Origin: Paraburkholderia sp.
GTDB lineage: Bacteria > Pseudomonadota > Gammaproteobacteria > Burkholderiales > Burkholderiaceae
DNA: 64,000 bases
Direction: 5' to 3'
Assembly: GCF_024281035.1 (NCBI RefSeq)
Contig: NZ_JAMXLH010000032.1
Coordinates: 30,764 to 94,763 of the forward strand
A program made the translations under genes and the position numbers. The notes under the pieces are model-generated. The model saw only the letters and a program-made list of their open reading frames with translations. It was not told the origin of the DNA and did no database searches. This document shows, piece by piece, positions 1 through 9,882 of the stretch (position 1 is the first letter of the stretch; each line of letters starts with the position of its first letter).

Positions 1-949
1 GCATCAGCGCAACGAGTTCGCGCAACTCGGCGAGCGTGCCGACGTAGCTGCCTTCGATACGCAGCGGGCGCATCGGGATGATCGGCAAGGCCAGCGTAAT
101 GTCGCCGCCCATCAGGCCCACGATCACCACATGTCCGCCGCGCGCGCATGAATCGAGCGCAAGCGAAACGGTCGACGTCGAGCCGACCAGATCAAGCACG
201 GCGCGCGCGCCGCAGGTTCCGCCCACGGCCTCGACAATCTGCGTCGCGGCGTCGGGCGCGCGTGCGTCGATGGCGGCGAGCGCGCCTTCCTTCAACGCGG
301 CTTCGCGCTTGTCCGCATCGATATCGACCACAATCGCGCCCTTGCCGCCCAGCGCCTTGATGACCTCGATGGCCATGAGCCCGAGACCGCCCGCGCCGAT
401 CACGACGACCGGCGTTTCATGAATGCGGTCGCCGAACTTCTTGATAGCGGAATACGTGGTGACGCCCGCGCAGGCAAGCGGTGCGGCTTTGACGGGGTCG
501 AGCCCGCCGAGATCGACCAGATAGCGCGGGTGCGGCACGATCACGTACTCGGCGAAGCCGCCCGCGCGCATGACGCCGAGCGATTGCGGCCTCACGCAGA
601 TATTCTCTTCGCCGCGCAGGCAGGCCGGGCATGCGCCGCAACCGATCCACGGATGCACGACGGCGATCATGCCGGTTTGCACGGGGCCCGCATCGGGGCC
701 CGCGGAGATGACCTCGCCGCTGATCTCATGGCTGGGCGTGAGCGGCAGCTTGATGCCGCGGTCGGCGAGCGAGAGTTTTTTGCCGCCGCCGAGGTCGTAG
801 TAACCCTCCCAGATATGCAGATCCGAGTGGCACAGGCCCGCCGCCTTCACGCGCACGAGGACTTCGGTGCCCTGGGGTTGCGGGATGTCCTGGTGAATCA
901 GTTCGAGCGGCTGGCCGTGGCCAGTGACGCAAAAGCAGCGCATCTGCAT
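1..949 (-). CDS. Zn-dependent alcohol dehydrogenase (MDR family), 3' end runs off the window
   Basis: Manual translation from ATG at 949: MQMRCFCVTGHGQPLE...GLCHSDLH...SHE(ISGEV)...CGACPAC...EENIC...GAGGLG. Catalytic and structural Zn ligands and the Rossmann motif are present. Confidence 0.92.
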   Translation of the reverse strand, partial: MQMRCFCVTGHGQPLELIHQDIPQPQGTEVLVRVKAAGLCHSDLHIWEGYYDLGGGKKLSLADRGIKLPLTPSHEISGEVISAGPDAGPVQTGMIAVVHPWIGCGACPACLRGEENICVRPQSLGVMRAGGFAEYVIVPHPRYLVDLGGLDPVKAAPLACAGVTTYSAIKKFGDRIHETPVVVIGAGGLGLMAIEVIKALGGKGAIVVDIDADKREAALKEGALAAIDARAPDAATQIVEAVGGTCGARAVLDLVGSTSTVSLALDSCARGGHVVIVGLMGGDITLALPIIPMRPLRIEGSYVGTLAELRELVALM

Positions 950-1160
950 CGATATCTCCGTGAATGAAAGTAGGACGGTTCAGCGATGAGGAAAGCGATG
1001 ACCAATTCTCCGCATCATAGCGGATCGCTCGTGCGTGGGGGCAGGGTGGTTTGATTCGGGTCGTGAAGCCTTGTCGTGAACCCGTGATGTGAACTCGTTT
1101 AGCGAATTCTTGTTGTGAACTGGTGTTGTGAATACCAGGGTGCGCTGCAGGGCGCGCGGA

Positions 1161-1772
1161 CTAGCGTGCCTTGCTGCGCGCGCTCTTCCTGCCGCCGGCC
1201 GTGCGCGGCGGCTCCTTGCTGGCAACCGCGTCGGCGATGCCTGGCTGCTCCATCCAGGACAGCGCGTCCACGTAGGTAAGAAAATGCTGGAGATAACCCG
1301 GCGAAAGCTCGCGCATCAACGAAAGCGCCCGATGCACGAGGCTGCTGGAATTGAGTGGTCCGGCGTTTTGCGGAACCTGTACGAGCGACTGGCGCAACTG
1401 GCTTTCCGTGCGCACGGTGGCCCAGGTTCGGCGGAAGTAGTCGAGCATTTCGGGCGTAGACGGCCGCACGCGGCCGTTCGCCGGATCGTTCATCAGGTCG
1501 GCCAGTTCGCGCAACGGGCCAGGAGCGGGCGCGCGGTCCTTCGGCGCCACGGCAGATACGGCGTCGCCAAAGGATGCCGAATTTTGCGCAATCTGTTGCG
1601 CAATCAGTTCGGATAACGTGGCATTCAGTAATTCGCGTGCTGTGCCGCTTTGACTTGCCGCACGCCGCTCCAGCGCCTCGATGAAGCGGGCGCGTACGGG
1701 ATCGAGCCGCGCCGCGCCGCGCTGTGCCTCGTTCGGCATCGCTTCGTTAGCGTCTTTAGCGTCGTTATTCAC
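1161..1772 (-). CDS. zorG: DUF2894-family protein, putative Zorya type III ZorG
   Basis: Contains RRTWATVRTESQLRQSLVQVPQNAGPLNSSSLVHRALSLMRELSPGYLQHFLTYVDALSW, typical of DUF2894. The GTG start at 1772 overlaps the stop of the upstream OmpA/MotB gene. Confidence 0.75.
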   Translation of the reverse strand: MNNDAKDANEAMPNEAQRGAARLDPVRARFIEALERRAASQSGTARELLNATLSELIAQQIAQNSASFGDAVSAVAPKDRAPAPGPLRELADLMNDPANGRVRPSTPEMLDYFRRTWATVRTESQLRQSLVQVPQNAGPLNSSSLVHRALSLMRELSPGYLQHFLTYVDALSWMEQPGIADAVASKEPPRTAGGRKSARSKAR

Positions 1773-2424
1773 CGCGCTCACCACCGGAAGCCGTCGATCG
1801 CGGGACCGGCGCGATCTCCACGCGCCGGTTCTTCGCCCGTCCAACGGCGTCCGCGTTCGAACTCACCGGCTGCTCGGAGCCGAACGCCGCCGCAAACACG
1901 GACGAGGCGGGCACGCCTTCCTCGATGAGCGCGCGCGTCACCGTCAACGCGCGCTGCGCCGACAATTCCCAGTTATCGGCAAAGCGGTGATTGCCTGCGT
2001 GCACCTGCTGGTCGTCGGCGAAGCCGCTCACCATCAGGGTCTCGTCGCGCGCTTTCAGGTAAGCGGCAAGCGGTCCCGCCAGGCTCTTGAGCAGTGCGCG
2101 GCCCTCGGGCTGCAACTGGTCGGAGTTCAGGGCGAACAACACGTTGCCGCTAATGCCGATGCGCCCGTTGACGAGCGTGACCCGGCCCGACGCGAGCGGC
2201 CCCGCCAGCGCCTGTTCGAGTGTCTTGCGCCGCTGCGTTTCGAGCTGGCGCTGCTTGATCTCGTGGTCGAGCTTCGTCGAGAGTTCGAGCTGCACGCCGA
2301 TCACCGCCACGAGAATCAGCACGAATGCGCCCAGCAGCGCCGACATCAGGTCGCTGAAAGCGGTCCAGATGGGCGTCGCAGGTTCGAAACCACCGTCGAT
2401 GCCGCCGTCGATGTCCTCGCTCAT
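1765..2424 (-). CDS. zorB: MotB-like membrane protein with OmpA peptidoglycan-binding domain, putative ZorB
   Basis: N-terminal TM with the conserved Asp (WTAFSDLMSALL) and an OmpA-like domain (GFADD...NWELSAQRA...NRRVEI). The start overlaps the stop of the upstream gene. Confidence 0.8.
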   Translation of the reverse strand: MSEDIDGGIDGGFEPATPIWTAFSDLMSALLGAFVLILVAVIGVQLELSTKLDHEIKQRQLETQRRKTLEQALAGPLASGRVTLVNGRIGISGNVLFALNSDQLQPEGRALLKSLAGPLAAYLKARDETLMVSGFADDQQVHAGNHRFADNWELSAQRALTVTRALIEEGVPASSVFAAAFGSEQPVSSNADAVGRAKNRRVEIAPVPRSTASGGERGE

Positions 2425-4517
2425 GCGGCTTCGGCTCCCGCCGCTGCGCGCCGCGCTGCAAGCTGCTGCAAGCCTTCCATGATCTGCTTTTGCGACAGCA
2501 TGCTGAGGTCGACGACTTCGCGCGCCTGCGCAACGTAGTACGCAAGCTGTTCGTCGCTGCGCGCGAGCGACTTGTCGAGCGCGCCTTCGATGCGTTGCAG
2601 TTGTTCGACGAGTTGCGCGTTCGAGTTGCCGAACGCCTGCACCGATGCGCCGAACGCGTCGCCGAGGCTCGCCACTTCAATGGCGCCGTGTGTGATCTGC
2701 GCGGCGATGCCGTCGAGCTTGTTCGTTTCGGATGTCACGCGATCCGTGAATTGCGCGCCGACGCGCTCGAAGAGTTCCGCCGACGTGCTGACGAGCGCGT
2801 CGATCGCGCCACGCTGTTGCGTGGAGGCGTGATTCACGGCGTTGAGCAGGGTTTCGAGCGTGGCGAGCAGGCGGCTGCGTTCTTCGAGCATCGCGGTATC
2901 GCGCACCATGCTTTCCGAGAGCTTCTGGCGCAGTTCGGCGATTACTTCAGCGGCGGCGCGCGGCGCTTCCGAGGCGGCTTCGACGAGCCGCGCGATCTCG
3001 GCGATGGTGTCGCGCGCCTGGGCCTGCGTTTGCGCGGCGATGGCGCTCGCGGTGCGCTCCAGCGTGTCGCAGATGGCCTGCTGCCGGGTCGCGTTCTGCA
3101 CGGCTGCGTCGTCCCAGCGTGCGTAGAGCGTCGCGCTCATCGAAGCGATGCTCTCGCGCCACGCGTCGAGCCGCGCCGCGTCTTGCGATACGAGCCCCGC
3201 CTGCAGCTGCGCGTGCGATGCATTCACGTCGTGCAGCAGCGCTGCCGCGTGCTGCTCGAATGTTGCGGCTGCAACGGACAGGGCCTGCCGATGGTCCGCG
3301 GCGAGTTGTTCGTTTGCGCGCGTCTGCTGCGAAAGCGCGGCGTTCCAGTTTTCGGCTGCCGTGCCCGCAGAACGGTCGAGGCGTGCGGCGACGCCGTCGA
3401 TCAGATCTGCGCAACGCGTTTCGAAGGTGGCCGCATAGCGCTCGAACGATGCGCGCAGATCGGTCGACAACGTTTCACTAGACTGGCGATGATCGGCAAG
3501 GGCTTCGCGCCAGAGCGCCGAAACGGTGGCCGCCGTGGTTTCGTGGCTTGTCGCGAGTCCGGCCATCTGCTGCTCGACGGCTTGCGTGACGGCAGCGTGC
3601 AGCGCGGCCGTTTCGGCCCTGACGTCTTGCACCATGCTTTCCACGGCCGGGCGGATCGCCGCGCCCGCGGCACGCGCGCTTTCGGCGGCGCCATCCTTGA
3701 ACGTGCGCGCGACGGATGCGGCGAGTTCCGCGTAGCTGGCTTCGACTTTGCCGAAAAACTGCTGCTGGCTGGCGATCTGCCGCTCGTTCAGTGCGAGGCT
3801 TTGCTGCTCGATGGCCTGCATCATCGCCTGAAGGCGATCCACGAGCACGGGCATGGCCTCGGCCTGGCGCTGTAGCAGCTGGAAGCTCGCTTCGCGCTGA
3901 TGCGCGTGCGAGAAAACACGCAAGGTCGTCGCGATTCGCGTGTCGAGTTGCTGGGCCGCATCGCTGCGCTGGCGGCGCACGAGTGCCGAGAGCAGCCCGA
4001 GCATGGCGGACGTGGCGACGCCGGCAATCGACGTCCCGAAGGCGAAGCCCAGCCCCTTGACCGGTGCGGCGAGCGAAGCGCGGATCGCGAGCGGATCGAC
4101 GGCGCTTTCCAGCGCCGCGCCCGTGCCCTTGAGCGTGGCGACCATGCCGAGCAGCGTGCCGAGCATCCCGAGCAGCACGAGCAGGCCCACCAGATACGGG
4201 GTCAGCGCAGGGCCGGGCAGGGCCACGCGCGCGCCTTCCACGCGCAGTCGCACCGGGCCGCGCAGGCCGGGGTCGATCCGTTCGAGCCAGGCGCCGAGCG
4301 TGGCGGGCGGCTCGGCAAGCGCGGTCACGGCGTGTTCGAGCGTGGTGGTCGCCTGCCGATAGCGCCACAGTTCGAGTGCGCCCGCGAAATAGCAGGCGCC
4401 GATCAGCAGCGTGACGGCGAGCGCCAGCGGATTCGTGCCGAGATAGCCGAAGGAGATCCAGCAGAGCGCCGCACAACCGGCGAGAAATACAACGAGGTCG
4501 AAACGAAATCGGGACAT
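2421..4517 (-). CDS. zorA: MotA/TolQ-like membrane protein with long helical tail (DUF802), putative ZorA
   Basis: N-terminal TMs with MotA-type motifs (LLGMLGTLLGM; AFGTSIAG) followed by about 500 aa of Ala/Gln/Glu-rich helical sequence; 698 aa total. Confidence 0.78.
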   Translation of the reverse strand: MSRFRFDLVVFLAGCAALCWISFGYLGTNPLALAVTLLIGACYFAGALELWRYRQATTTLEHAVTALAEPPATLGAWLERIDPGLRGPVRLRVEGARVALPGPALTPYLVGLLVLLGMLGTLLGMVATLKGTGAALESAVDPLAIRASLAAPVKGLGFAFGTSIAGVATSAMLGLLSALVRRQRSDAAQQLDTRIATTLRVFSHAHQREASFQLLQRQAEAMPVLVDRLQAMMQAIEQQSLALNERQIASQQQFFGKVEASYAELAASVARTFKDGAAESARAAGAAIRPAVESMVQDVRAETAALHAAVTQAVEQQMAGLATSHETTAATVSALWREALADHRQSSETLSTDLRASFERYAATFETRCADLIDGVAARLDRSAGTAAENWNAALSQQTRANEQLAADHRQALSVAAATFEQHAAALLHDVNASHAQLQAGLVSQDAARLDAWRESIASMSATLYARWDDAAVQNATRQQAICDTLERTASAIAAQTQAQARDTIAEIARLVEAASEAPRAAAEVIAELRQKLSESMVRDTAMLEERSRLLATLETLLNAVNHASTQQRGAIDALVSTSAELFERVGAQFTDRVTSETNKLDGIAAQITHGAIEVASLGDAFGASVQAFGNSNAQLVEQLQRIEGALDKSLARSDEQLAYYVAQAREVVDLSMLSQKQIMEGLQQLAARRAAAGAEAA

Positions 4518-4529
4518 AAAACTATGGGG

Positions 4530-5282
4530 TTAGCGGGCGCGAAGGGCTGCGAGCAGTCCTTCCACCGGTTGAAACCGAACTTCGAGCTCGGCGAGCAATA
4601 CGCTCTGCCTGTCCTTGCAGAACCTGTCGAACCAGGCGCGAGGCGCGACGGCTTCCGGCTCGCCCGCGGCGTGTGCCGCGCGCAGCCGCTCGAAGTGCGC
4701 GCCGAGCAACGCAGGCACCGAAGCCAGCAGACTGCGCTCGCGCGCACCGAGAGAGCGCTCCATGATCGCGTCCACCGCCGCGAGGCGCGCGAGCGCGGGC
4801 GTCTTCGCCGCCAGCATCGCGCGCAGGCGGCCGCGCAACTGGCCGATCTCGGTTTCCAGGGTCTGCTGGATCGCGAGATGGCGCTGGCGATAGTCGCGGT
4901 AGTCGACCTGGTCGGCAGGTTCGTCCACCGGCGCAACGTGGGCTGTGCCACGCTCGCCACGCACGCCGCGCTGGACGGGCGCGGGCGCGTGCTCGCGGGC
5001 GATCACCTTCGTCAGCGCGCTGCGCACGCTCGTGCAAAGGTTTTTCGCCTCGTCGTCGCCGGACGCGCGTGCGCCCGCCGCACCCGCCGTGCCTGTCGCG
5101 ACGGTTGGCGGCTGTCCGCTCAGCGCCGTGGACAGTGCGATGGCATCGGTCCAGACGAGCCACTGGCTCAGGCGGTCCGAGAGCGACTGCGGCGGTTCGG
5201 CGAAGTCGGCGTCGGCCAGTTGCGCGAGCAGGCGTACGAGCGTTGGTCCGCTCAGCGCCGGTCGCCGGGGGGCTTGCACCAT
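4530..5282 (-). CDS. zorF: DUF3348-family protein, putative Zorya type III ZorF
   Basis: Contains LSGPTLVRLLAQLADAD...SDRLSQWLVWTDAIALS and FCKDRQSVLLAELEVRFQPVEGLLAAL, typical of DUF3348. First gene of the four-gene operon. Confidence 0.72.
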   Translation of the reverse strand: MVQAPRRPALSGPTLVRLLAQLADADFAEPPQSLSDRLSQWLVWTDAIALSTALSGQPPTVATGTAGAAGARASGDDEAKNLCTSVRSALTKVIAREHAPAPVQRGVRGERGTAHVAPVDEPADQVDYRDYRQRHLAIQQTLETEIGQLRGRLRAMLAAKTPALARLAAVDAIMERSLGARERSLLASVPALLGAHFERLRAAHAAGEPEAVAPRAWFDRFCKDRQSVLLAELEVRFQPVEGLLAALRAR

Positions 5283-5386
5283 GCTGCGAGAAGCAAAAAA
5301 GGCAGCAGTTTACACGCTGGCGCGGTTCGGGCTCTGAGAGCCTCATCGGCGGAGGTGGCGGCCGGGGGATTTTGGCGGTTCGGGCA

Positions 5387-5460
5387 GCGTGTTTTGAGCG
5401 CGCGAAACAGCGATCAAGCAGCGCAAAAAAGCAGCGCAAAAAGCAACGCTCAAAACACGC
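5387..5460. repeat. 14-bp perfect inverted repeat (GCGTGTTTTGAGCG / CGCTCAAAACACGC) with a 46-nt spacer containing short tandem repeats
   Basis: Arms read directly at 5387-5400 and 5447-5460. Confidence 0.85.
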
Positions 5461-5521
5461 CGGGATGGGCGCGATACAGGGCGATGCAAGGCGATACAAG
5501 GCCGCGCAGGGCCGCGCCGCC

Positions 5522-7516
5522 TCAGCCTTTCTCGCGCCGCTGTTCCATCGCGCGTGCGAACGCATCGAACCAGGCGAGCGTCTCGGGGTTGGCCATCGTC
5601 CCTGGATTGGCGACCTTGTCGAGCGGCTGCCCGAGCAGCAGCTTCTTGATGGGCAGTTCCATCTTCTTGCCGGAGAGCGTGCGGGGCACGCCGGGCGCCT
5701 GAAACACCTCGTTTGGGACGTGCCGCGCGGAGAGCGCGACCTTGATGCGCTCGCGGATCGCCGCCGTCAATTCCGGCGTCAGCACATGATCGGGCCGCAG
5801 CACGACGAAGAGCGGCATATACGACTCGCGGCCCAGGTATTCGAGGTCCACGACGAGGCTGTCGAGCACCTCGGGAAGATCTTCCACGGCGCGATAAAGC
5901 TCGCTCGTCCCCATGCGGATGCCGTGGCGATTGATGGTCGCGTCGGAGCGGCCGTAGATGACCGCGCCGCCGTGCGCGGTGATGCGCACCCAGTCGCCGT
6001 GACGCCACACGCCCGGCCAGACGTCGAAATAGCTGTCGCGATAGCGCGTGTCGTTCGCGTCGTTCCAGAAGCGCAGCGGCATCGACGGCATCGGGGCCGT
6101 GCAGACCAGTTCGCCGACTTCGCCGATGAGCGGCTTGCCCGTGTCGTCGAATGCCTCGACGCGCGCGCCGAGGCAGCGGCACTGCATTTCGCCGAGCCGC
6201 ACCGGCAGCGTCGGCAAGCCCGCCAGGAAGCATCCGGCGAAATCGGTGCCGCCGGAAATCGCGTCGATCCACACGTCGCCGACATGGTCGAGAATCCACC
6301 GGTACGCTTCCGGCGGCAGCGGCGAGCCGGTCGCGCCGACCGCGCGCAGGCGGGACAGATCGGCTTGCTGGCGCGGCTCGATTCCCGCCTTCAGGCACGA
6401 CTGATAGAACGCGGAGCCCGCGCCGAAGAAGTCGACCCGCGCGTCGCCGATGAAACGCCACAGGGCGCCGAGGTCGGGATAGCCGGGGCTGCCGTCGTAG
6501 AGGCACAAGGTTGCGCCCGCAAGCAGGCCGCCCACCTGGCAGTTCCACATGATCCAGCCGGTGCTGGAATACCAGTTGTAGCGGTCGCCGGGGCGCAGGT
6601 CGAAATGCAGCGCCGCGATCTTCACCTGCTCCAGCACGATGCCGCCGTGCGAGTGGACGATCGGCTTGGGCAGCCCGGTCGTGCCCGACGAATAGACGAT
6701 CCACAGCGGGTGATCGAACGGCAGCGACTCGGTTTCGAGTGTCGCATCGCCCGCAATGGCCTCGGCCCAGGCGACGCCGTGCGGGAATTCTGCGGCATTC
6801 GCCTGCACGTCGAGATTCGGCACGAGCACGACGTGGTGCACGCTCGGCAGCTCGTCGAGGAGTTCGTGCAGCAGCGCGCGGCGGTCGTACGGCTTGCCCG
6901 CGTACCGGTAGCCGTCGACGGCGATCATCACCGCGGGCTCGATCTGGCGGAAGCGGTCGAGCACCGCGAGGCGGCCCATGTCGGGCGAGCACACCGACCA
7001 GATTGCGCCCACGCTGGCGGTGGCCAGGAACGCGACGACGGTCTGCGCGATGTTGGGCATGAATGCCGCCACGCGGTCGCCGCGCTGCACGCCCATGCCG
7101 CGCAGCGTCGCCGCGAGCGCGCCCACCTGGCGCTCCAGTTCGGCCCAGCTCATTTCGCCGTCCTCACCCGCCTCGTTGCGGTGAACGATGGCGGGCCGCG
7201 CGGACGTCGCGTAACGGAACGCCTGCTCGACGTAGTTCAGCTGCACGCCGGGAAACCAGCGCGCGCCGGGCATCGCGGCACCGGCGAGCGCCTGGCCGCG
7301 CGGCGTATCGGAGGCAATGCCGGCCCAGTCCCAGATCGCCGACCAGAAAGCGTCGATGTCGTCGACGGACCAGCGCCAGAGTGCGTCGTAATCGTCGAAG
7401 CAAAGGCCGCGCTCGCGCGCGAGCCAGTGCATGAATTCGGTGATGCGCGCATTCGCGACGGTTTCGGGCGACGGCGCCCAGGCGATCGGTGCGTTGGCTT
7501 CGGTGGACGGACTCAC
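5522..7516 (-). CDS. Acetoacetate-CoA ligase (AMP-forming acyl-CoA synthetase)
   Basis: Contains YSSGTTGLPKPIVHSHGG, WYSSTGWIMWN, SGGTD and WRHGDW...GRSDATINRHGIRMG. GTG at 7516 is the likely start; the longest ORF begins at 7579. Confidence 0.9.
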   Translation of the reverse strand: MSPSTEANAPIAWAPSPETVANARITEFMHWLARERGLCFDDYDALWRWSVDDIDAFWSAIWDWAGIASDTPRGQALAGAAMPGARWFPGVQLNYVEQAFRYATSARPAIVHRNEAGEDGEMSWAELERQVGALAATLRGMGVQRGDRVAAFMPNIAQTVVAFLATASVGAIWSVCSPDMGRLAVLDRFRQIEPAVMIAVDGYRYAGKPYDRRALLHELLDELPSVHHVVLVPNLDVQANAAEFPHGVAWAEAIAGDATLETESLPFDHPLWIVYSSGTTGLPKPIVHSHGGIVLEQVKIAALHFDLRPGDRYNWYSSTGWIMWNCQVGGLLAGATLCLYDGSPGYPDLGALWRFIGDARVDFFGAGSAFYQSCLKAGIEPRQQADLSRLRAVGATGSPLPPEAYRWILDHVGDVWIDAISGGTDFAGCFLAGLPTLPVRLGEMQCRCLGARVEAFDDTGKPLIGEVGELVCTAPMPSMPLRFWNDANDTRYRDSYFDVWPGVWRHGDWVRITAHGGAVIYGRSDATINRHGIRMGTSELYRAVEDLPEVLDSLVVDLEYLGRESYMPLFVVLRPDHVLTPELTAAIRERIKVALSARHVPNEVFQAPGVPRTLSGKKMELPIKKLLLGQPLDKVANPGTMANPETLAWFDAFARAMEQRREKG

Positions 7517-7786
7517 GTTTTCGGTTTCCCTGCGGTTGCGAATGGGGCGGCGTTCAGTCACGGGCGCGCTCAATGGCATTGGGTACCATTTTTTGCGCCC
7601 GGCCCGCCACCCGGTTAAACGCCGAGATCGCTCGTGCCGCGTGGTTTGTCGCGTGTGGTTGCGTAATTGTTTGCGTGCCTGGTTGCGTGCTTTATCGCCG
7701 TTTTTTCCGCTTTTTTCCGTTTTTTCCGCCTTTTACCGTTTATTGGGGCGGGGACGTGGTGCGCGAAATGGGGCTATGCTTGGCAA

Positions 7787-8203
7787 ATGTTCGATCAGTG
7801 TCTCTACTTCAACACCGCGGCGCTGGCGCGGCGGCTGGAACGCGAGTGGTCCGGTGCGTTCGAGCCCTTCGACCTCACACCGCCCCAGGCTTTCATGCTG
7901 CGCGCCGTGCTGGATCGTCCGCACGTGCTTCAGCACGAACTCGCGGATCTGCTTGCAATCGCGCGGCCCACGGCGACGCGGGTGCTCGACGGCCTCGAAG
8001 CGCGCGGCTACGTGGAGCGCCAACGCACCGAAGGCGACGGCCGTGAAGTGGCGATCGTGCCGACGGCCAAGGCGCTTGCCATTCGCGAGGCACTCAATGG
8101 CGCCAGCGCGGCCGTGACCGGCCGGATCAAGCGCACGTTGGGTGGCGAGGCGTTCGTGGCGACCGTCGCGCGTTTGCGCACGGCGCGCGCGACGCTGGGC
8201 TGA
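7787..8203 (+). CDS. MarR-family transcriptional regulator
   Basis: MFDQCLYFNTAALARRLEREW...LTPPQAFML...ATRVLDGLEARGYVER, a winged-helix pattern. Confidence 0.88.
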   Translation: MFDQCLYFNTAALARRLEREWSGAFEPFDLTPPQAFMLRAVLDRPHVLQHELADLLAIARPTATRVLDGLEARGYVERQRTEGDGREVAIVPTAKALAIREALNGASAAVTGRIKRTLGGEAFVATVARLRTARATLG

Positions 8204-8546
8204 TCCGGCAGGGCGCCTTACCGCATTACAAGTATTCGGTCTGGAGTTTCAACATGCGGCGCATCGGCGCTTTTTTCGTTTCGAGCTGGCTTGCAGCCGC
8301 CGTTCTTTTCCTTGGCCGGCATTCGGTGCCGATGATCGCGCTGAGCGGCGTGATCGCGTTTGCGGGTTTTGACATCTTTCGTCCCGACCGTTCCTGACCG
8401 TTCCTGATTGTTTGTGCGGGCGCAAGACGCCCAACCGCTGCCACGCTCGCGGTTTCCAGGGTGGGTTTCCAGGCTGATTTTGCAAGGCTGTTGCGTGTGC
8501 CGTTAGACTTCACGCTTCGCCCACAGCCAGCCCGCATGCCGCGGGC

Positions 8547-9881
8547 ATGCCGATGACCGACGCTCTGCTTCCCGTCATGACCGATACGCCCGCGCAACTT
8601 CGCGAGGCGGCGCAACGCGCGCGCACCGCGGGCGACGAACTGGCCGCGCTCGCGCATCTGATTGCGGCAGAGGCGCTCGACGCGCGCGCGTCGGGTACCG
8701 GATCGGACGGCGCCGCGCGTGTCTGCATGGTGGCCACGGGCTACTTCATGAAGGGCGATCACGCGCGCGCGCAACGCTGGTACGAACTCGCGCTCGATCT
8801 CGATGTGGCCCAGGCCGCGGCCTGGCAGAATCTCGCGGCCATTCACGCGCAGGCGGGACGCGCCGGTGCCGCGCAACGTTGCCGCGACCGCGCCTATGCG
8901 CTGCAACGCGTCTATGTGGAAGCGTCGGGCGAGCCGGTGCGCCGGGTGTTGCTGTTGTGCGCGGGGCGCTCGGCGGGCAATGTGCCGTTCGATCTGCTCG
9001 TGCCGACGCCGCGCAATGCGCGCATCAAATACGCCCTCGATTACGCGCAGCCGCAAGAAGACGCGAGCCTGCCGCCAGCCGATCTTGCATTCAACGCAAT
9101 CGGAGACCCGGATATAGCCGAGCCGCTGCATGCGCGCGTGACGCAATTCGCTCACGCGTTCGCACATCCGTTTCTGAATACGCCCGAACGTGTGGCGGCG
9201 ACGCGGCGCGACCGGCTTCCCGCGTTGCTGCATGGCCTGCAAGACGTGCACACCGCCGCTTGCATCCGCATCGAAGCGGCGGATGAAAATAAACACGACC
9301 AGGTCCACGCACGCATCGACGCTGCCGGGCTCGCCTTGCCGCTGCTCGTGCGCCCGGTCGCCACGCACGGCGGCGAAGGCCTGGTGCGCTGCGACACGCG
9401 TGCCGAACTCGACGCGGCGCTGGCCGCGCAATCCGGCCCGTTCTACGTCAGCGCGTTTCACGACACGCGTGACGCAGACGGCTCATGCCGCAAGTACCGC
9501 ATGGCTTTCGTCGACCGCAGGCCGTATCCGTACCATCTCGCGATTTCGCCGTACTGGATGGTGCATTACTTCTCGGCGGGCATGGAGGGCGTGCGCTGGA
9601 AGCTCGATGAAGAGGCTCGCTTCCTCGCCGAACCCGCCGCGACGCTTGGCACGCGCGGCGCGGCTGCGATTGCCGCCATCGGACAGCGGCTCGATCTCGA
9701 CTACGCGGGGGTGGATTTCACGCTGCTGCCTGACGGCAGCGTGTTCGTGTTCGAAGCGAACGCGACGATGCTCGTGCATCGCGAGCGCCATGACGGCGAA
9801 CTCGCGCACAAGAATCCTTACGTGCAGCGCATTTCGGACGCGTTCGAGGCGATGATGGACGCGCGCGTGCGCGCGGCCTGA
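8547..9881 (+). CDS. TPR + ATP-grasp (RimK/glutathione synthetase-like) protein
   Basis: N-terminal TPR-like helices (AQRWYELAL...AWQNLA) and a C-terminal ATP-grasp (LLVRPVATHGGEGL; KYRM; LDYAGVDF...VFEANATM). Confidence 0.75.
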   Translation: MPMTDALLPVMTDTPAQLREAAQRARTAGDELAALAHLIAAEALDARASGTGSDGAARVCMVATGYFMKGDHARAQRWYELALDLDVAQAAAWQNLAAIHAQAGRAGAAQRCRDRAYALQRVYVEASGEPVRRVLLLCAGRSAGNVPFDLLVPTPRNARIKYALDYAQPQEDASLPPADLAFNAIGDPDIAEPLHARVTQFAHAFAHPFLNTPERVAATRRDRLPALLHGLQDVHTAACIRIEAADENKHDQVHARIDAAGLALPLLVRPVATHGGEGLVRCDTRAELDAALAAQSGPFYVSAFHDTRDADGSCRKYRMAFVDRRPYPYHLAISPYWMVHYFSAGMEGVRWKLDEEARFLAEPAATLGTRGAAAIAAIGQRLDLDYAGVDFTLLPDGSVFVFEANATMLVHRERHDGELAHKNPYVQRISDAFEAMMDARVRAA

Positions 9882-9882
9882 A

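Noticed and set aside
1765-4517. Flagellar motAB or tolQR/exbBD interpretation of the MotA/MotB-like pair
   Set aside because: The 698-aa MotA-like protein has a very long tail, and the pair is flanked by DUF3348 and DUF2894 genes with no flagellar or Tol genes. This fits Zorya better.
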